From: an uncultured Ignavibacteria bacterium
Lineage (GTDB): Bacteria; Bacteroidota; Ignavibacteria; Tepidaquicellales; OLB5
Direction: 5' to 3'
NCBI GenBank assembly: GCA_963816535.1
Contig: CAWFKW010000003.1
Coordinates: 510,526-574,525 of the forward strand
Length of the DNA: 64,000 nt
Position 1 is the stretch's first letter; each line of letters starts with the position of its first letter. The translations under genes and the position numbers were made by a program. This document shows, one piece after another, positions 1 through 9,639 of the stretch. The notes below the pieces were generated by a model. That model did no database searches and was not told the origin of the DNA. It worked only from the letters and a program-made list of their open reading frames with translations.

Positions 1-717
1 AAGCAGTTCATCCTTAATACTATCCACAATTTTTTGCGCTTGCTCTATTAGCTTAACGGGCGCTTCTTTATATAAATATTTGCCGCCGTATTCCGACTGC
101 ACTCTGAACTCGCCATTCTTAGGCACTTTTAAAGCAGAATGCGAATACTTTTTATTGAAAAACAGCAATGACCACTCGCCGGATTGTATTTCTTCAATAA
201 ATTTCTGGATCAATACATCATTATCATAGAGTAATTCATCCAGCTTTGATTGAATCCCGGGTTCATTCATCGACACGATAGATGTTTTGTAAGCGTTACC
301 AGAAACCGCAGGCTTGATAACAGCTTTATCCCATTTCTTTTCATTCAGTACATGATTCAAATCAGTATTTGAATTTTTGTTAACAAACACCGTCGGAATA
401 ATTGACAGTCCCGCGGCTTCAATATCCTTTAGATAAAATTTATGGATATTTTTTTCAATAACATCAAGAGAATTCCAGACCGGCGTTTTAATATTCCTCA
501 GAGAGCTCAGCCAATTTGAAAATTCATCGATTCTGAGGAAATAATCCCATGGCGTTCTTATGACAATCATATCATAACTGTTCAGATCTTTTTCACCTGA
601 GCTCCATATAACGGGCTCTATTTCAATATCGAACTGTTTTGCGAATTGTGAAAATTTCTGTTCGGAATCGGTTAATTGAGGAATCCGCTGGCAGGTAATG
701 AATGCTATTTTATATAT
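1..717 (-). CDS. ATP-grasp domain protein (RimK/glutathione-synthetase-like), N-terminal ~239 codons; 3' end runs off the window
   Basis: Absent from the ORF track because it is open at the window edge. My reverse-strand translation from 717 reads IYKIAFITCQRIPQLTDSEQ...DMIVIRTPWDYF...VIKPAVSGNAYKTS...EWSLLFFNKKYSHSALKVPKNGEFRVQSEYGG. GGAG lies 5 nt upstream. There is no canonical start codon (see findings). Confidence 0.6.
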   Translation of the reverse strand, partial: MYKIAFITCQRIPQLTDSEQKFSQFAKQFDIEIEPVIWSSGEKDLNSYDMIVIRTPWDYFLRIDEFSNWLSSLRNIKTPVWNSLDVIEKNIHKFYLKDIEAAGLSIIPTVFVNKNSNTDLNHVLNEKKWDKAVIKPAVSGNAYKTSIVSMNEPGIQSKLDELLYDNDVLIQKFIEEIQSGEWSLLFFNKKYSHSALKVPKNGEFRVQSEYGGKYLYKEAPVKLIEQAQKIVDSIKDELL

Positions 718-732
718 GTTAACTCCTTTTTT

Positions 733-968
733 TTAAAACATTCCCGCGAAGGCGGGAATCTATTTAATATTTCGCCCCTATCGGAGCTCCAATTGCTTTT
801 ATAAAGTTTCTACAAATATAACGCTCCTACGGAGCTCCTACAAAAAATAACCTTTTCTTGGATGAAATCTGTCTATCCATGACTCCTATCAGTCGTTTGA
901 CTAAAAACCGTTGAAACGGTTTTCGATTTTTTCCGGACTAAAATTGTTCCCACGACTAAAGTCGTGGG
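733..968. repeat. Cluster of short GC-rich hairpin repeats (families A, B, C)
   Basis: ATTCCCGC-GAAG-GCGGGAAT at 740-759; GCCCC-TAT-CGGAGC at 774-787; TTTCTACAAATAT at 807-819; GCTCC-TAC-GGAGC at 823-835; AAAACCG-TTGAAA-CGGTTTT at 904-923; CCCACGAC-TAAA-GTCGTGGG at 949-968. Each recurs elsewhere (5254-5390, 40999-41065, 46891-46961). Confidence 0.85.
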
Positions 969-1073
969 CTAAAAAATATTTTTGCGTACCCTAAGCATGA
1001 GTCATGTTAATTCACTATTTCACTCCTCCCTATTCAAAATTCACTATATTCATTACTCATTAAACATTATTCA

Positions 1074-3098
1074 TTATCTCCCTATCTCATCAAGATGCTT
1101 CTTGGCGTCGGTGTTGTTCGGGTCCTTTTCAAGCGCTTTGTAGTAGTTTTCCCGAGCTTTATCATTCTGCCCCATTTTTTGGTAGGCTAATCCAAGGTTA
1201 TCCCAGCCTGTTGTAAAATCTTTCCCTGCCTTTGTACACTCTTCGAAACTCTTAGCGGCTTCATCATATTTCTGCTGGTCAAGGTAGCACATTCCCATGT
1301 TGTTATAATATGTGAATGCGTTTGCAGGATTCATTTTAATAAGTTTGTTAAGGTCCGCTACCGCCAAGTCATAATATTTCTGTTTGAAGGCATTCTGCGA
1401 TTCAGCTTCAAGCGTGTTTATCTGGCTCTGCAGGCCCGCTCCGTTATTTGACTGCCGGCTCTTCATAAGCTCAGCCAGCATCTGGCGTGAGTTCATGTAA
1501 TTCGGCGAGAGCGGCTGCAGTTTCTCCATCCATTTTATCGCTTCATCAGTTTTGTTTTGACGCAGCGAGAGAAGCCCCATCGAGTAAACCGCGTCCGCCG
1601 AAAGGGTATCAAGCGTGTATGCCCTGTGTATGTAATAATAAGCGGAATCATAGTTCCCCTTCGCCATGAAGATCTTTCCCATGCCTGTGTTTGCTAACAT
1701 AGTTTCGCTTCGGAGCGCAAGCGCTTTGCGGTAATAACCAGATGCCTTATCAAAATCCTGCCTGTTCGAATACATTATTCCAAGGTCCACATCTACTATT
1801 GTCCCCGGCCTGCCCTCTGCGCTCTGGTAAAGCGTGTCGTTTGTCTTCCATTCAAAATTACGTACGACAGTAAGATAACCGTAAGCAATGAACAAAACTG
1901 CAGCTGCGGAGTAAAACATGAACTTCCTTTTCTGCGTAAAATATTTGTTAAGCGCCCATACAGCCGCGAAGCTAAGCGCAAGCGATGGCAGGTACAGAAA
2001 CCTATCAGCCATAAAATTATCAGTCTGTACAATATTCAAAACCGGCAGCAGAGTAATAAACACGAAGAACATGGAAAATGAAATCCACGGAGCTCTTTTG
2101 ACGGTAAGCGCGGCGCCCGCTATTAACAGAAGTGTAATGATTAAAGAAACAATCGCTTCGGGCTGCGCTACTGAATTGAGGTACGGCATATAACCGCCGT
2201 AGTGATAAAGCATTCCGTACGGAAGAACTATCATCCGGAAGTAATAAGGGAGCGCCTGCAGCATTGTAAAGAATATTGTTGCCGCGTCCTTTCCGTAGAA
2301 GTAATTGTAAACCTCTCTCACCGGCGTTTCTTTTAAAACTTCCCATCGTAGAAGCAAATAAAACAGCGAGATCGCCGCCAGTATAAGGTAAACCGGTTTC
2401 TCTTTCAAAATGTTGTAGACCGAACGCCTGCCCATGATTATCACCTCGTACAGAACCACGACTGCCGGAAAAGTTATGGCCATTTCTTTTGAAAGCAGCG
2501 ATAGGGAATAAAATACAGACGTCCATAACAGGTTTCTGCCCTTAGCTCCTGAGGTATACCGCAGGTAGAAAATAAATGCGAGAATATAAAAAGTGAAAAA
2601 GACGCTGTCTGTCCTTCCGCTCACCCATGCGACCGCTTCGGTATGTATAGGGTGAATGGCAAACAGCCCTGCGCCGAACAGCGCAAAATATTTTTTGTAT
2701 TCATTCTGCCCGTTAGAAAACATCATGAGCAGAAGTATGTAGACCAACACGGAATTTAACGCATGGAAAAGTACGTTAGCAAGATGAAAACCGAATGGCT
2801 TTGCGCCGGATAAAGCGTAGTTAAGCGCGTATGTTGCCGATACAACAGGTCTGTAAAACCTGCCGACCGCAAAACCCAAATGGCGCGTAAAAAACTCAGG
2901 CACATTGCCAAGCGATGTAATTGATGGGTCCTTAAGCACAACATATTCATCGTCATAAACAAAATCATTAACCAGTGAATTGGCATATATGCCGATCGCA
3001 ATTACAGCTACAATTATCAGGAATTTATAATCAAGAGTATCTAACCACTTTTTTTGGCTTCGCTGCAATTGAGCGGATTTTTTCTTCTTATCTGCCAT
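1074..3098 (-). CDS. Polytopic membrane protein with C-terminal TPR repeats (TMTC/PMT_2-like glycosyltransferase architecture)
   Basis: 674-aa ORF. The N-terminal two thirds contains many hydrophobic helices. The C-terminal third is TPR-like (YYKALEKDPNN, NNMGMCYLDQQKYDEAAKSFEE). Confidence 0.75.
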   Translation of the reverse strand: MADKKKKSAQLQRSQKKWLDTLDYKFLIIVAVIAIGIYANSLVNDFVYDDEYVVLKDPSITSLGNVPEFFTRHLGFAVGRFYRPVVSATYALNYALSGAKPFGFHLANVLFHALNSVLVYILLLMMFSNGQNEYKKYFALFGAGLFAIHPIHTEAVAWVSGRTDSVFFTFYILAFIFYLRYTSGAKGRNLLWTSVFYSLSLLSKEMAITFPAVVVLYEVIIMGRRSVYNILKEKPVYLILAAISLFYLLLRWEVLKETPVREVYNYFYGKDAATIFFTMLQALPYYFRMIVLPYGMLYHYGGYMPYLNSVAQPEAIVSLIITLLLIAGAALTVKRAPWISFSMFFVFITLLPVLNIVQTDNFMADRFLYLPSLALSFAAVWALNKYFTQKRKFMFYSAAAVLFIAYGYLTVVRNFEWKTNDTLYQSAEGRPGTIVDVDLGIMYSNRQDFDKASGYYRKALALRSETMLANTGMGKIFMAKGNYDSAYYYIHRAYTLDTLSADAVYSMGLLSLRQNKTDEAIKWMEKLQPLSPNYMNSRQMLAELMKSRQSNNGAGLQSQINTLEAESQNAFKQKYYDLAVADLNKLIKMNPANAFTYYNNMGMCYLDQQKYDEAAKSFEECTKAGKDFTTGWDNLGLAYQKMGQNDKARENYYKALEKDPNNTDAKKHLDEIGR

Positions 3099-3196
3099 TA
3101 ATGCCTGCTGATTTTATCTGAGCTCCGTTACTTTTCTTATAAATGTTTTTAATCTTCAAAATAAGCAATCCGAACAATTATTTTAAGTCACTAAAG

Positions 3197-3629
3197 ATGA
3201 ATGTAAAAAAAATCAGCAGGATGGCGGGAATTATTCTTGTAATTCTGCCGACGGTTATTTATGGGGGCGTAAGCATACTCACATTACTTTTAAACGACCC
3301 GGCTTATATGCAAAATCCGCTCCGGCAAAACCTGTGGCGGGCGGGGCACGCGCATGCAGGCGTTCTGCTGATCCTATCTTTAGTGGTTCTGCGATATGTT
3401 GATGAAGCAAATCTCTCTGAAGGTTTAAAACGGGTAGTGAGGCAGTGTACTCCGCTTGCGGCAATACTTCTGCCTGCGGCGTATTTTTTATCGGTATTGG
3501 ATCCACGTGCAACCAGGCCAAACGATTTAATTTACCTTGGCTTATGTGAGCGCAGTAGCTCTCGCTGCCGCGCTATTGATATTAGGCATAGGATTATTAA
3601 GAAAATCCACCGCGAACAATACCCGATGA
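3197..3629 (+). pseudogene. Small membrane protein, apparently frameshifted near 3536-3542
   Basis: ATG at 3197 (MNVKKISRMAGIILVILP...). After ...NDLIYL, the track frame runs into the convergent AKR gene. The +1 frame reads (L)AYVSAVALAAALLILGIGLLRKSTANNTR, a clean TM helix, and stops at 3627-3629, abutting the AKR stop at 3630. Confidence 0.45.
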
Positions 3630-4511
3630 CTACCCCAGTAACTTCATATCTTCATCGCTTAATTTTATATCAGCCGCCTTTAGGTTTTCTTCAAAATGTT
3701 TTAGTGAAGATGTGCCCGGTATTGGCAATATCCACGGGGAGCGATGCAGCAGCCACGCTATATTTATTTGAGCCTCTGTAGCGTTATGTTTCTTCGCAAT
3801 AGCTGATATTCTTTCATCTTTCTTTGGCATGGATTGCATCAAAGAAAAATAAGGTATCAGCGGTATTTTATTTTTTTCACATATGGCAAGTACTTCCTCT
3901 CCTCCCCTGCTTTCTTCGCCCCACGCATGCTTTAATGAAGCGCGCTGGCCGTGTCCATACATGTTTTCAACCGTGGCGATATTTCCCATAGACATCGCTG
4001 TTTGCAGCTCATCCGGACTTACATTACTGATCCCAACATGCAATATCTTACCTTCTTTCTGCATTTCAAACATTGCCTGCAACGATTCTTTCAACGGCGT
4101 ACCGCCCCGGGCTATGACCCTGAAATGAACAAGAGTTATCTGCTCCAATTTCAGCGTGTGCAGGTTATTATCGATACTGCTGCGCAGATTCTCTGGACTG
4201 TTAAACTGTATCCAGCTTTTATCAGGTTTTCTTGCCCCGCCAACTTTAGTGCATATCACCAGGTCATTGGGATACGGGTAAAGGGCTTCCTTTATCAGCC
4301 TGTTTGTAACATCTTCTCCGTAGTAATCAGCGGTATCAATAAAGTTAACGCCGCTTTTAATACTCTGTTTTAATATCTGTAATGCTTCCGCGCGGTTTGG
4401 CGGCTCGCCCCAGATGCCCTCGCCGGTCAGGCGCATTGTTCCATATCCGAAACGCCGGACTTTCAGCGGATTCTTACTTCCCCCGGCAATTATTATTTCT
4501 TCTGTGTTCAT
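3630..4511 (-). CDS. Aldo/keto reductase
   Basis: 293 aa with GYGTMRLTG, FIDTADYYG and the overall AKR pattern. Confidence 0.9.
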   Translation of the reverse strand: MNTEEIIIAGGSKNPLKVRRFGYGTMRLTGEGIWGEPPNRAEALQILKQSIKSGVNFIDTADYYGEDVTNRLIKEALYPYPNDLVICTKVGGARKPDKSWIQFNSPENLRSSIDNNLHTLKLEQITLVHFRVIARGGTPLKESLQAMFEMQKEGKILHVGISNVSPDELQTAMSMGNIATVENMYGHGQRASLKHAWGEESRGGEEVLAICEKNKIPLIPYFSLMQSMPKKDERISAIAKKHNATEAQINIAWLLHRSPWILPIPGTSSLKHFEENLKAADIKLSDEDMKLLG

Positions 4512-4599
4512 ATAAAGTTGAATTTTTAAAAATTAAAATTAACGTTTATTAATTTTGTTAGAAAGTCACCGGAGAGGAAACATATTCATAATGATTCTG

Positions 4600-5100
4600 T
4601 AGGAACGGACCCGTGTGTCCGCCCGATTTTAAACATTTTTCTGACCACACCCTCTGTATCTCCCTCCCGTTTACCCGCCTTCGGTGGGCCTTTGGAGGGG
4701 ACCCGTGTGCTTGCCTGACCGCCGTCTTGTTGAGACGGGAACAATGTTAACGGCGAAATCCCAATTTATCGGGATCATTCCCACGCGGTGTAGTCTCGTG
4801 CTACGACTCCATGTCGCTTGCCCGCCTTTGGAGGGTGGCACGAATAAAAATACAAACCCCCATTGTAAATAATGTCATACCCAAAATTAATTTCCAATAT
4901 TCGTTAATCCTGTTTTCAAAATCCCATCCCCCCTCTACGAGTCCTCGAGTCGAAGACTCGTGGAGGGGGTTAATATTCCGGAATATTAAAATTTATGACA
5001 ATTGAAAAATGTATGCTGGTTACAGAAGATTTTAGACTAGGGTTTTGGTGGTGTCAGGTCTTACGACCTGACACACGTCGGGAGGAAACTCCCGACGTCA
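4600..5100. repeat. Field of GC-rich hairpins in a 1.4-kb non-coding gap
   Basis: GGAC-CCGTGT-GTCC at 4607-4620; CCGTCT-TGTTG-AGACGG at 4722-4738; a 15-bp stem with one T.G pair at 4928-4969 (CCCCCTCTACGAGTC...GACTCGTGGAGGGGG); GTGTCAGGTC-TTAC-GACCTGACAC at 5051-5074; ACGTCGGGAG-GAAA-CTCCCGACGT at 5075-5098. Confidence 0.85.
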
Positions 5101-5235
5101 CAAAAAACTTATTAAACTGCATTTTGTTATTTCACTATGTCTATCACCCGGGTTTCACAATTTTCTTCTAAACTATACGTCATAGTGACTTGACTTTTCA
5201 AAACGGATGTCTTATAATGATTAAGGAGCGCTTAC

Positions 5236-5438
5236 TAACTGAAGTTACGCAAAACATTCCCGCGAAGGTCTACGACTCAACGAGTCGAAGACTCGTTGAG
5301 CGGGAATCCATTTCATATGTCGCTCCTAACGGAGCTAAAATTTTGATTTTCATTAATTTCTACAAATATTCTGCTCCCAACGGAGCTTAAAAAAATGAAA
5401 ATTATATGTAAATTTGTCAATTTGCGTAACTTCAGTTA
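5236..5438. repeat. MITE-like 203-bp unit with 18-bp perfect terminal inverted repeats
   Basis: TAACTGAAGTTACGCAAA at 5236-5253 and its exact reverse complement TTTGCGTAACTTCAGTTA at 5421-5438. The interior consists of hairpin families A (interrupted), B and the TTTCTACAAATAT box. Confidence 0.6.
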
Positions 5439-5818
5439 CTAATTACTATTAATCAATTAACAATTAACAATAAGCAAAGGTCAAAAAAGAACAATGAACT
5501 AATTACTAAGAATTTGACGAACCTGATGAATTTGATAAATTTGATGAATCTGACCGATTTGATAATCTGATAAATTATCATTCGGGATTTGAGAGAAATG
5601 AGAAAGAATTTTCGTTCAAAAATTATGATTACGTTTCAAAAACACGGAAAATATTTTTTTCGCAATGGTTTGCTGAATCCATCGCACGGAAAAGATATTT
5701 TTTTATACAACTGTTTATATTTTGGGGGCTGTAAGTTAATGTATAAAAATAATTTATCCCGTTTTTGGGCGCGGTCAAATCCTGCACAACCCATGACAAA
5801 TCCAAATCAATTACTAAT

Positions 5819-5840
5819 TACTAATGACTAATAATTTGAT
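5819..5840 (+). repeat. Exact 22-mer ATTACTAATTACTAATGACTAA (copy 1 of 3)
   Basis: The identical string occurs at 15731-15752 and 57544-57565. A truncated form overlaps the stop codon at 8438-8458. Confidence 0.9.
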
Positions 5841-5918
5841 GAACCTTATGAATCTGACAAATTTGATGAATTTGATTATACTTGAATTATTAAACTATTT
5901 CCGCTTGTTTTGTGAATT

Positions 5919-8456
5919 ATGAAAGACACTCCTACAGGCATATTGATATTATCGTTCTTCTCAAGGTTCCTTGGCGCTTTCCTGATCTTATTCAGCATGA
6001 TGGCGGCAATACTCGGGGGAAATGCGCTAACAACCGTCAGCAAAGACGGAACTATCGGGCTCTCTGTTTCAAACGCATCCGATAACAGGTCGGTTATAGT
6101 TTCCGGAACTGAAAGAGGGCTCCCCGTGGATATTGCGGGCATCCAGATCGGAGATTCTATTGTAAAATATAACGGCTCCCCCATCACGCCTGAGGTTATA
6201 ACAAACCAGGTAATGGGCGTCCAGGTCGTTGGCGATAAAATAACTTTAACCATCAGGAAAAACGGCTTTGAAAAAGATTATGAGCTCATTGCCATACGTT
6301 CATCGCTTTTTGATAAGCTAATAACTGTCATGTTCAAAACTATCCCCGTCCTGCTGATGATACTTTATGTGCTGGTCGGGTTCTGGGGATTGATTAAAAG
6401 CCCGTACTCAAAAGAAACAATACTTATCGCTTTGTTCTGTTTTTGCTTTGGCTGTTTTAATTATGCGACTATCAATACAGGGCTTGACGCGCAAAATTTT
6501 GTCAGAAAATATTTGTACTTTGACGATCTGAAGAAATTTGTTTCTCTTATCATGTGGTTCGGCCCAAGCTTCTGGGTTCTTTTATTCGCGACTTTCCCCA
6601 GCCGTAACCGCTTTTATGAACGCAATAAAAAGCTAACGCTCCTTTTTATATTCCTGCTGCCTTTGATCGTAATTCTGAGTAATGTAATTCCGCAGTCTTA
6701 TACGTGGCTGGGCATAGTATTGTTCACTTTGCTTTTTACCAATATGGGAATAGGCGTAATGCTGCTGGGTAAAAGCTCAGCCAGCGTTGAATCTGTGCTG
6801 GAAAAAAGACAGGTAAAGTTAATGCTTTTCGGGATCAGGTATGGGGCAATATCCATCGGGGCCGGCTGGCTGCTGATCCTGATCGTTGAGATCTTTTTGG
6901 CAAAATATATTTCCTCCACAATTCAGCTTATCAGCTTTATAGTGTTTCTCTCCTGCCAGATCGGCGGATTAATAATTCCGTTCACATTTTTGAATTCATT
7001 CTTCCAGAATAAGCTGCTTGAAACTCAAAGCGCGCTTAAGCGCCGCGTGCGCTACATCGGGTTTACGCTCGGGCTTCTTGCAATTTACCTTACGGCAATT
7101 TTCCTTATGGGCAATTTGCTTGTGAACATGTTTGATGTGAAGGATACTACGCTTATAATAATAGTAGTTCTGCTTCTCTCGCTGACATTTACACCGATAA
7201 ACAAAAAGCTGTTAAGGTGGGTCGATGAGAAATTTTATCCCGAGCGCACCAAATACGCGGAATCTTTAAAAAGTTTTATCCAGTCTATTTCGGCGCAGAT
7301 AGATAAGAACGATATACTGATTAAGCTTAAAGATTGGGTGAACAGCACTACGCACATTTACCCGGTGATACCCATAACTTTTGATAACAACCCCGCAATA
7401 TATTACCCGTTCAAAAATACGCGTTCAAACAGCGTGGTGAATAAAATTAAAAGCGGCGCTAAATTTTTCTGGGATGAAGTAACGGTGCAGTACACCGCCT
7501 ACGTTGACGAAGAAGAAATTGAATGGGCGCGGGATAACGATATTTCGCTCTCGATACCCATGATTTCGCAGGGCGAGCTTGTTGGCGCCCTGAACGTTGG
7601 CCGGAAACAGGGCGAAGACGATTTTACGATGGAAGATATTGACTTGCTGAGCCAGGCCTCAAGCCAGACCGCCATAGCTCTGCAGAACATCCGCCTGCAA
7701 TCGCAGTACATCGAGAAAAAAAGAATGGATAAAGAGCTCGAGATGGCGCGCAGGATACAGCAGAACCTCATGCCCAAAGATATCCCGCCCGTAGAAGGGC
7801 TTGACGTTCACGGCGAATCGCGCCCGTGTTACGAAGTTGCAGGAGACTATTTTGATGTGATAAAGCTTGAAGACGGCAATACAGTTCTTGTTGTTGCCGA
7901 CGTAAGCGGCAAGGGCGCAGGGGCCGCAATGATAATGGCAAACCTGCAGGCGTCTATAAGGCTGGGCGTGCAGCTCAGTGATGAGCTGGGAGATTTTGTT
8001 ACCCGTGTGAATAACCTCATCTATAATAATACTTCGCCGGCGGAGTTTATCACTTTCTTCGTCGCGGTATGGGCGCCCAAAACAAAAACTATTTATTATG
8101 TGAATGCCGGGCACAATCCGCCTGTAGCCATCGATAAGAACGGAGAAGTTACAAAGCTCCACGCCACAGGGCTGATAATAGGCGTCGTGCCTGACCAGGT
8201 TTATACTGTCGGTACGCTGAAAATGGAAGAAGATTCATCGCTTGTTATATACACAGACGGGATGGACGAAGCTATGAATAAGATAGGAGAACAGTTCGGG
8301 CTGGATAGAATAATTGAATGTACGCTTGAAAATAAAAGTAAGTCCGCCGCTGAATTAGCGAAAGCGCTCAATAACAAAGTATTGGAGTTCTGCGAAGGGG
8401 TCCCGATGCACGATGACGTTACGCTGATAGTCGCAAAATCAATTACTAATGACTAA
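5919..8456 (+). CDS. Membrane-bound PP2C/SpoIIE-family serine phosphatase with N-terminal PDZ-like and GAF-like regions
   Basis: 845 aa. PDZ-like GLPVDIAGIQIGDSIVKYNG, then about 10 hydrophobic helices. The C-terminus carries PP2C motifs (AGDYFDV, VADVSGKGAGAA, YTDG, HDDVTLIV). Confidence 0.85.
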   Translation: MKDTPTGILILSFFSRFLGAFLILFSMMAAILGGNALTTVSKDGTIGLSVSNASDNRSVIVSGTERGLPVDIAGIQIGDSIVKYNGSPITPEVITNQVMGVQVVGDKITLTIRKNGFEKDYELIAIRSSLFDKLITVMFKTIPVLLMILYVLVGFWGLIKSPYSKETILIALFCFCFGCFNYATINTGLDAQNFVRKYLYFDDLKKFVSLIMWFGPSFWVLLFATFPSRNRFYERNKKLTLLFIFLLPLIVILSNVIPQSYTWLGIVLFTLLFTNMGIGVMLLGKSSASVESVLEKRQVKLMLFGIRYGAISIGAGWLLILIVEIFLAKYISSTIQLISFIVFLSCQIGGLIIPFTFLNSFFQNKLLETQSALKRRVRYIGFTLGLLAIYLTAIFLMGNLLVNMFDVKDTTLIIIVVLLLSLTFTPINKKLLRWVDEKFYPERTKYAESLKSFIQSISAQIDKNDILIKLKDWVNSTTHIYPVIPITFDNNPAIYYPFKNTRSNSVVNKIKSGAKFFWDEVTVQYTAYVDEEEIEWARDNDISLSIPMISQGELVGALNVGRKQGEDDFTMEDIDLLSQASSQTAIALQNIRLQSQYIEKKRMDKELEMARRIQQNLMPKDIPPVEGLDVHGESRPCYEVAGDYFDVIKLEDGNTVLVVADVSGKGAGAAMIMANLQASIRLGVQLSDELGDFVTRVNNLIYNNTSPAEFITFFVAVWAPKTKTIYYVNAGHNPPVAIDKNGEVTKLHATGLIIGVVPDQVYTVGTLKMEEDSSLVIYTDGMDEAMNKIGEQFGLDRIIECTLENKSKSAAELAKALNNKVLEFCEGVPMHDDVTLIVAKSITND

Positions 8457-8790
8457 TGACTGTTTTTCGTGCTACGACTTAAATTTTATCGTAGTCGTGG
8501 CACGAATAAAACAAATAGTAAATAATAAACAGTAATTAGTCTAATGACTTTTTTTCGTGCTACGACTTAAATTTTATCGTAGTCATGGCACGAATAAAAC
8601 AAATAGTAAATAATAAACAGTAATTAGTCTAATGACTTTTCTTCGTGCTACGGCTTAAACTTTATCGTAGTCGTGGCACGAATAAAACAAATAGTAAATA
8701 ATAAACAGTAATTAGTCTAATGACTATTTTTCGTGCTACGACTTAAATTTTATCGTAGTCGTGGCACGAATAAAACAAATTGAAAAATAA
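8449..8790 (+). repeat. Tandem array, 88-bp unit x4, each unit carrying a 41-nt hairpin
   Basis: TTCGTGCTACGAC starts at 8466, 8554, 8642 and 8730, an exact 88-bp period. The stem is TTCGTGCTACGAC / GTCGTGGCACGAA (13 bp, one T.G pair). The inter-hairpin segments are near-identical, so this is not CRISPR. Confidence 0.9.
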
Positions 8791-8838
8791 GAAAAACTTT
8801 AATAATCAGATTAAACCTTAAAGATTGCGAGATTATAA

Positions 8839-9597
8839 ATGACCGGACAAAAGAAACAGTGGTTTGACGATGACTCTTTTTGGAAAGGCACGTATCCTTA
8901 CATGTTTCCCGATACAAAGTTTATTAACGCCCAAACAGAAGTAATGAAATTACTAAAACTGGTTAGGCCGAAAGGCAACGCGGTTCTCGACCTGTGCTGC
9001 GGTCCCGGAAGATGCTCGGTTCCGCTGGCTAAAAAAGGCTATGATGTAACCGGCGTTGATTTAAGCCCGTTCCTGCTGAATAAAGCAAAATCGTACGCGC
9101 GGAAAGCAAAAGTAAATATTGAGCTGATACAAAACGACATGCGCGATTTTATCCGCCCATATGAATTTGATTTGGTTATAAGCATGTATAGTTCATTCGG
9201 ATATTTTGAAGATAAACAGGAAGACTTGCTGGTTCTGAAGAACATATTTACCAACCTTAAGCCGGGCGGCTCATTGCTGATGGATATGGGCAGCAAAGAA
9301 CGTTTGGCAAGAATATTTCAGCCTACTGTTTCAAACACTTGGCCCGACGGGACAATTACTATTAACAAGCATACAGTTCTTGATAACTTTACAAGAATAA
9401 AAAATGAATGGATAATTATCGGCAAAAACAAAACGAGCAGGTTTGAGTTTACCGATACAATATATTCCGGACAGGAAATTATTGACCGTTTAGAAATTGC
9501 AGGCTTCAAAAATATAAAGTTATACGGCAGCTTAGATGGCGACGAATACGGGCTTAACGCGCAAAGACTGATTGCGGTTGCTTCAAAACCGAAATAA
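8839..9597 (+). CDS. Class I SAM-dependent methyltransferase
   Basis: 252 aa with motif I VLDLCCGPGRCSVPLAKKGYDVTGVDLS. Confidence 0.85.
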   Translation: MTGQKKQWFDDDSFWKGTYPYMFPDTKFINAQTEVMKLLKLVRPKGNAVLDLCCGPGRCSVPLAKKGYDVTGVDLSPFLLNKAKSYARKAKVNIELIQNDMRDFIRPYEFDLVISMYSSFGYFEDKQEDLLVLKNIFTNLKPGGSLLMDMGSKERLARIFQPTVSNTWPDGTITINKHTVLDNFTRIKNEWIIIGKNKTSRFEFTDTIYSGQEIIDRLEIAGFKNIKLYGSLDGDEYGLNAQRLIAVASKPK

Positions 9598-9639
9598 TGA
9601 ACAAATATTAAATAGTAAATAATAAATAAGAGTATTTTA

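Noticed and set aside
1487-2526. Antisense or shadow ORFs inside long genes, such as 2020..2526, 7659..8162, 10598..11110, 33067..33498, 41819..42439 and 44534..44875.
   Set aside because: Each lies wholly within a longer ORF on the other strand or frame that has clear family motifs. Their translations are low-complexity or Ser/Arg/Cys-rich, as is typical of non-coding frames.
3143-3781. The track's 212-aa ORF taken at face value.
   Set aside because: Its first 18 codons precede a better ATG at 3197. Its last ~80 codons are non-membrane-like and overlap the well-supported AKR gene. It is replaced by the frameshift model ending at 3629.
4684-5831. Track ORFs 4684..4872, 4811..5005, 5190..5390 and 5589..5831 as small proteins.
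   Set aside because: They are read through GC-rich hairpin repeats or heptamer tracts. Their translations reflect repeat sequence (for example SAPNGA twice from the GCTCC..GGAGC hairpins). No motifs are present.
5876-6253. 125-aa minus-strand ORF overlapping the PP2C phosphatase start.
   Set aside because: It overlaps the PDZ-coding region of the 845-aa gene and has no recognisable features.
8449-8790. Possible CRISPR array (regularly spaced palindromic repeats).
   Set aside because: The segments between the hairpins are near-identical in all units, so there are no unique spacers. No cas genes are present. It is a plain 88-bp tandem repeat.
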